A DNA stretch of 64,000 nucleotides. Origin: Antedon mediterranea. Lineage: Eukaryota; Animalia; Echinodermata. A program made the position numbers and the translations under genes. The notes beneath the pieces were generated by a model. It ran no database searches, was not told the origin of the DNA, and worked only from the letters and a program-made list of their open reading frames with translations. Location of the stretch: NCBI RefSeq assembly GCF_964355755.1, contig NC_092674.1:9610001-9674000 (forward strand), given 5' to 3'. Shown in pieces: positions 62,465 through 64,000 of this stretch (the first letter of the stretch is position 1; each line of letters starts with the position of its first letter).

Positions 62465-62791
62465 CGTTTCTTTAATACTTCTCCATTGCATTGCAGTGAT
62501 CCCGAACAATAAGTAACTCAAATCATAGACAAAATACCGTATGTGTTTTGCTCATGCCCACAGGATACGTGTATTAAACAGTATACCGTAAACGATGTCC
62601 ATTTCGTGCATGTTTAGTAAATCAAATAACCAGAAATTTATACACATTTCATTTTTTCCTAATGATATTAAAGTAAGACTTGCAATAAAGGATTATCGGA
62701 ATTCCATAGCTTTTGACCAGTAAACGAAATACAAAAACGTGTGTTATATAAATGTTTTGGCTTGGTTCTAACGTAAGTGTATTGCATGTAT

Positions 62792-62958
62792 TATACAGAT
62801 ATTGACTGCTTAGAGGTTAAATATAAGATTTGATATCCCCGAGGGAATGATATTAAGTTCATGGAAATATATATTCCCCGGGAACTTAATATCATTCCCG
62901 AGGGGATGTCAAATCTTATATTTAACCGATATAAAAGGCAATATCTGTTATATTATAT
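62792..62958. repeat. ~165-bp palindrome (MITE/foldback core)
   Basis: GGTTAAATATAAGATTTGATATCCCC..GGGAATGATATTAAGTTC is mirrored by GAACTTAATATCATTCCC..GGGGATGTCAAATCTTATATTTAACC. Confidence 0.7.
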
Positions 62959-63879
62959 AGCCAAGAACAAGTCTGCTGGGTTGGGTGAAGCTAGGCTAGG
63001 CCTCCTATAGTATTTGTATTGTACTGTATTTAAACAAGCCTGCCTAGACACCTTACCTTGCGATAATAATATACAGATAATTACTAATTAATGATTCCTT
63101 GGCAATAAAATATTCACTTAGGCCTAGATCGTTTAAATTAACAGAAGAATTTCCATCAATAAGCCTATTAAAAATAATAATATTATAATCAGGTAGGCCG
63201 AGCACAAATTGCATGTTATGCAAATCTGTCGAAAGTACATACATAATAACTGCAGCATGCGAGAAAACGCCGCCACAGTTTGTACTAAAAATCAGAGAAA
63301 ATATTTTTCAAATAGAATAGGGAGTGATAGAGTAGGGAGAAAAATATATTGGTTCTACTTATTCCTGAAAAATGTATCTTGAAACTACGAAATATGGTGA
63401 TCGTGAAGGGAGTGATTTCGACTTTCCCAAATTGTTAAGTTATTGTCTTTGTCATGCTGTTAGCACAGTATTCTTTTAAAAATTAGTTCTAATATAATGT
63501 AATATAATGATATACTTTTATAATTAAGAAATTGAACTTTGTTTCAGAATTCAAATAAGTTCACAAACTTGACCCAGAAAGTCCAGAGGAGAGTTTGTCC
63601 AGATGTTTTAATGACCATTTAGTTTAAAATAGAATCCCTAAAGAAAACACTTAGCTTAATTTTGTGACTTTTCCCACCGTTAAATCAGGAGAGATTGACA
63701 CTATTTAAGTACAGATTTGACAGTGTCATCCATCATAGAAATACCTTATTATACCGTTAATCACTTCTAACTAAATACCCCTGGATCAACTTAGGACCAA
63801 TCGTTACCCTCACAGATGACGTAGTGACATATGCAAATGAACCGAAGCCAATATACCCCCAAGTTTCAGAAGAGCCCAG

Positions 63880-63952
63880 ACACACCTTACAGCCACCTCA
63901 CGGAGCACACACCTTACAGCCACCTCACGGAGCACACACCTTACAGCCACTT
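63880..63952. repeat. 27-bp minisatellite, ~2.7 copies
   Basis: CACACCTTACAGCCACCTCACGGAGCA repeated in tandem. Confidence 0.85.
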
Positions 63953-64000
63953 CTCCAGAAGCAGACCTACACACTTCACACCTCACCGACAGCATCACTG

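Overview
AT-rich eukaryotic (animal) genomic DNA with spliceosomal introns, probably from a marine invertebrate (echinoderm-like; inferred, not shown). Host genes: four intact tandem 4-exon clan-2-type cytochrome P450 genes on + (18062-40917), followed by two head-to-head 4-exon arylsulfatase A-like genes (- 43314-50900; + 57306-62464). One arylsulfatase has a non-canonical CSASR motif. Both gene families show patchwork sequence homogenisation. The rest is dense with transposons: an uninterrupted CR1/L2-type ORF2, two L1/Tx1 fragments with TSDs, a self-nested Helentron-type (HINE/DINE-1-like) element, a second HINE family, a Penelope GIY-YIG remnant with a minimal hammerhead ribozyme, Kolobok- and Harbinger-like MITEs, an inverted Helitron pair between the sulfatases, and ~25-40 bp hairpin inserts. 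A 7-kb CACTA/EnSpm-like element carries a spliced mini-gene with a SAM-like pattern; its second coding exon is amplified into a 12-copy ~190-bp tandem array. All calls were made by eye with no database searches.
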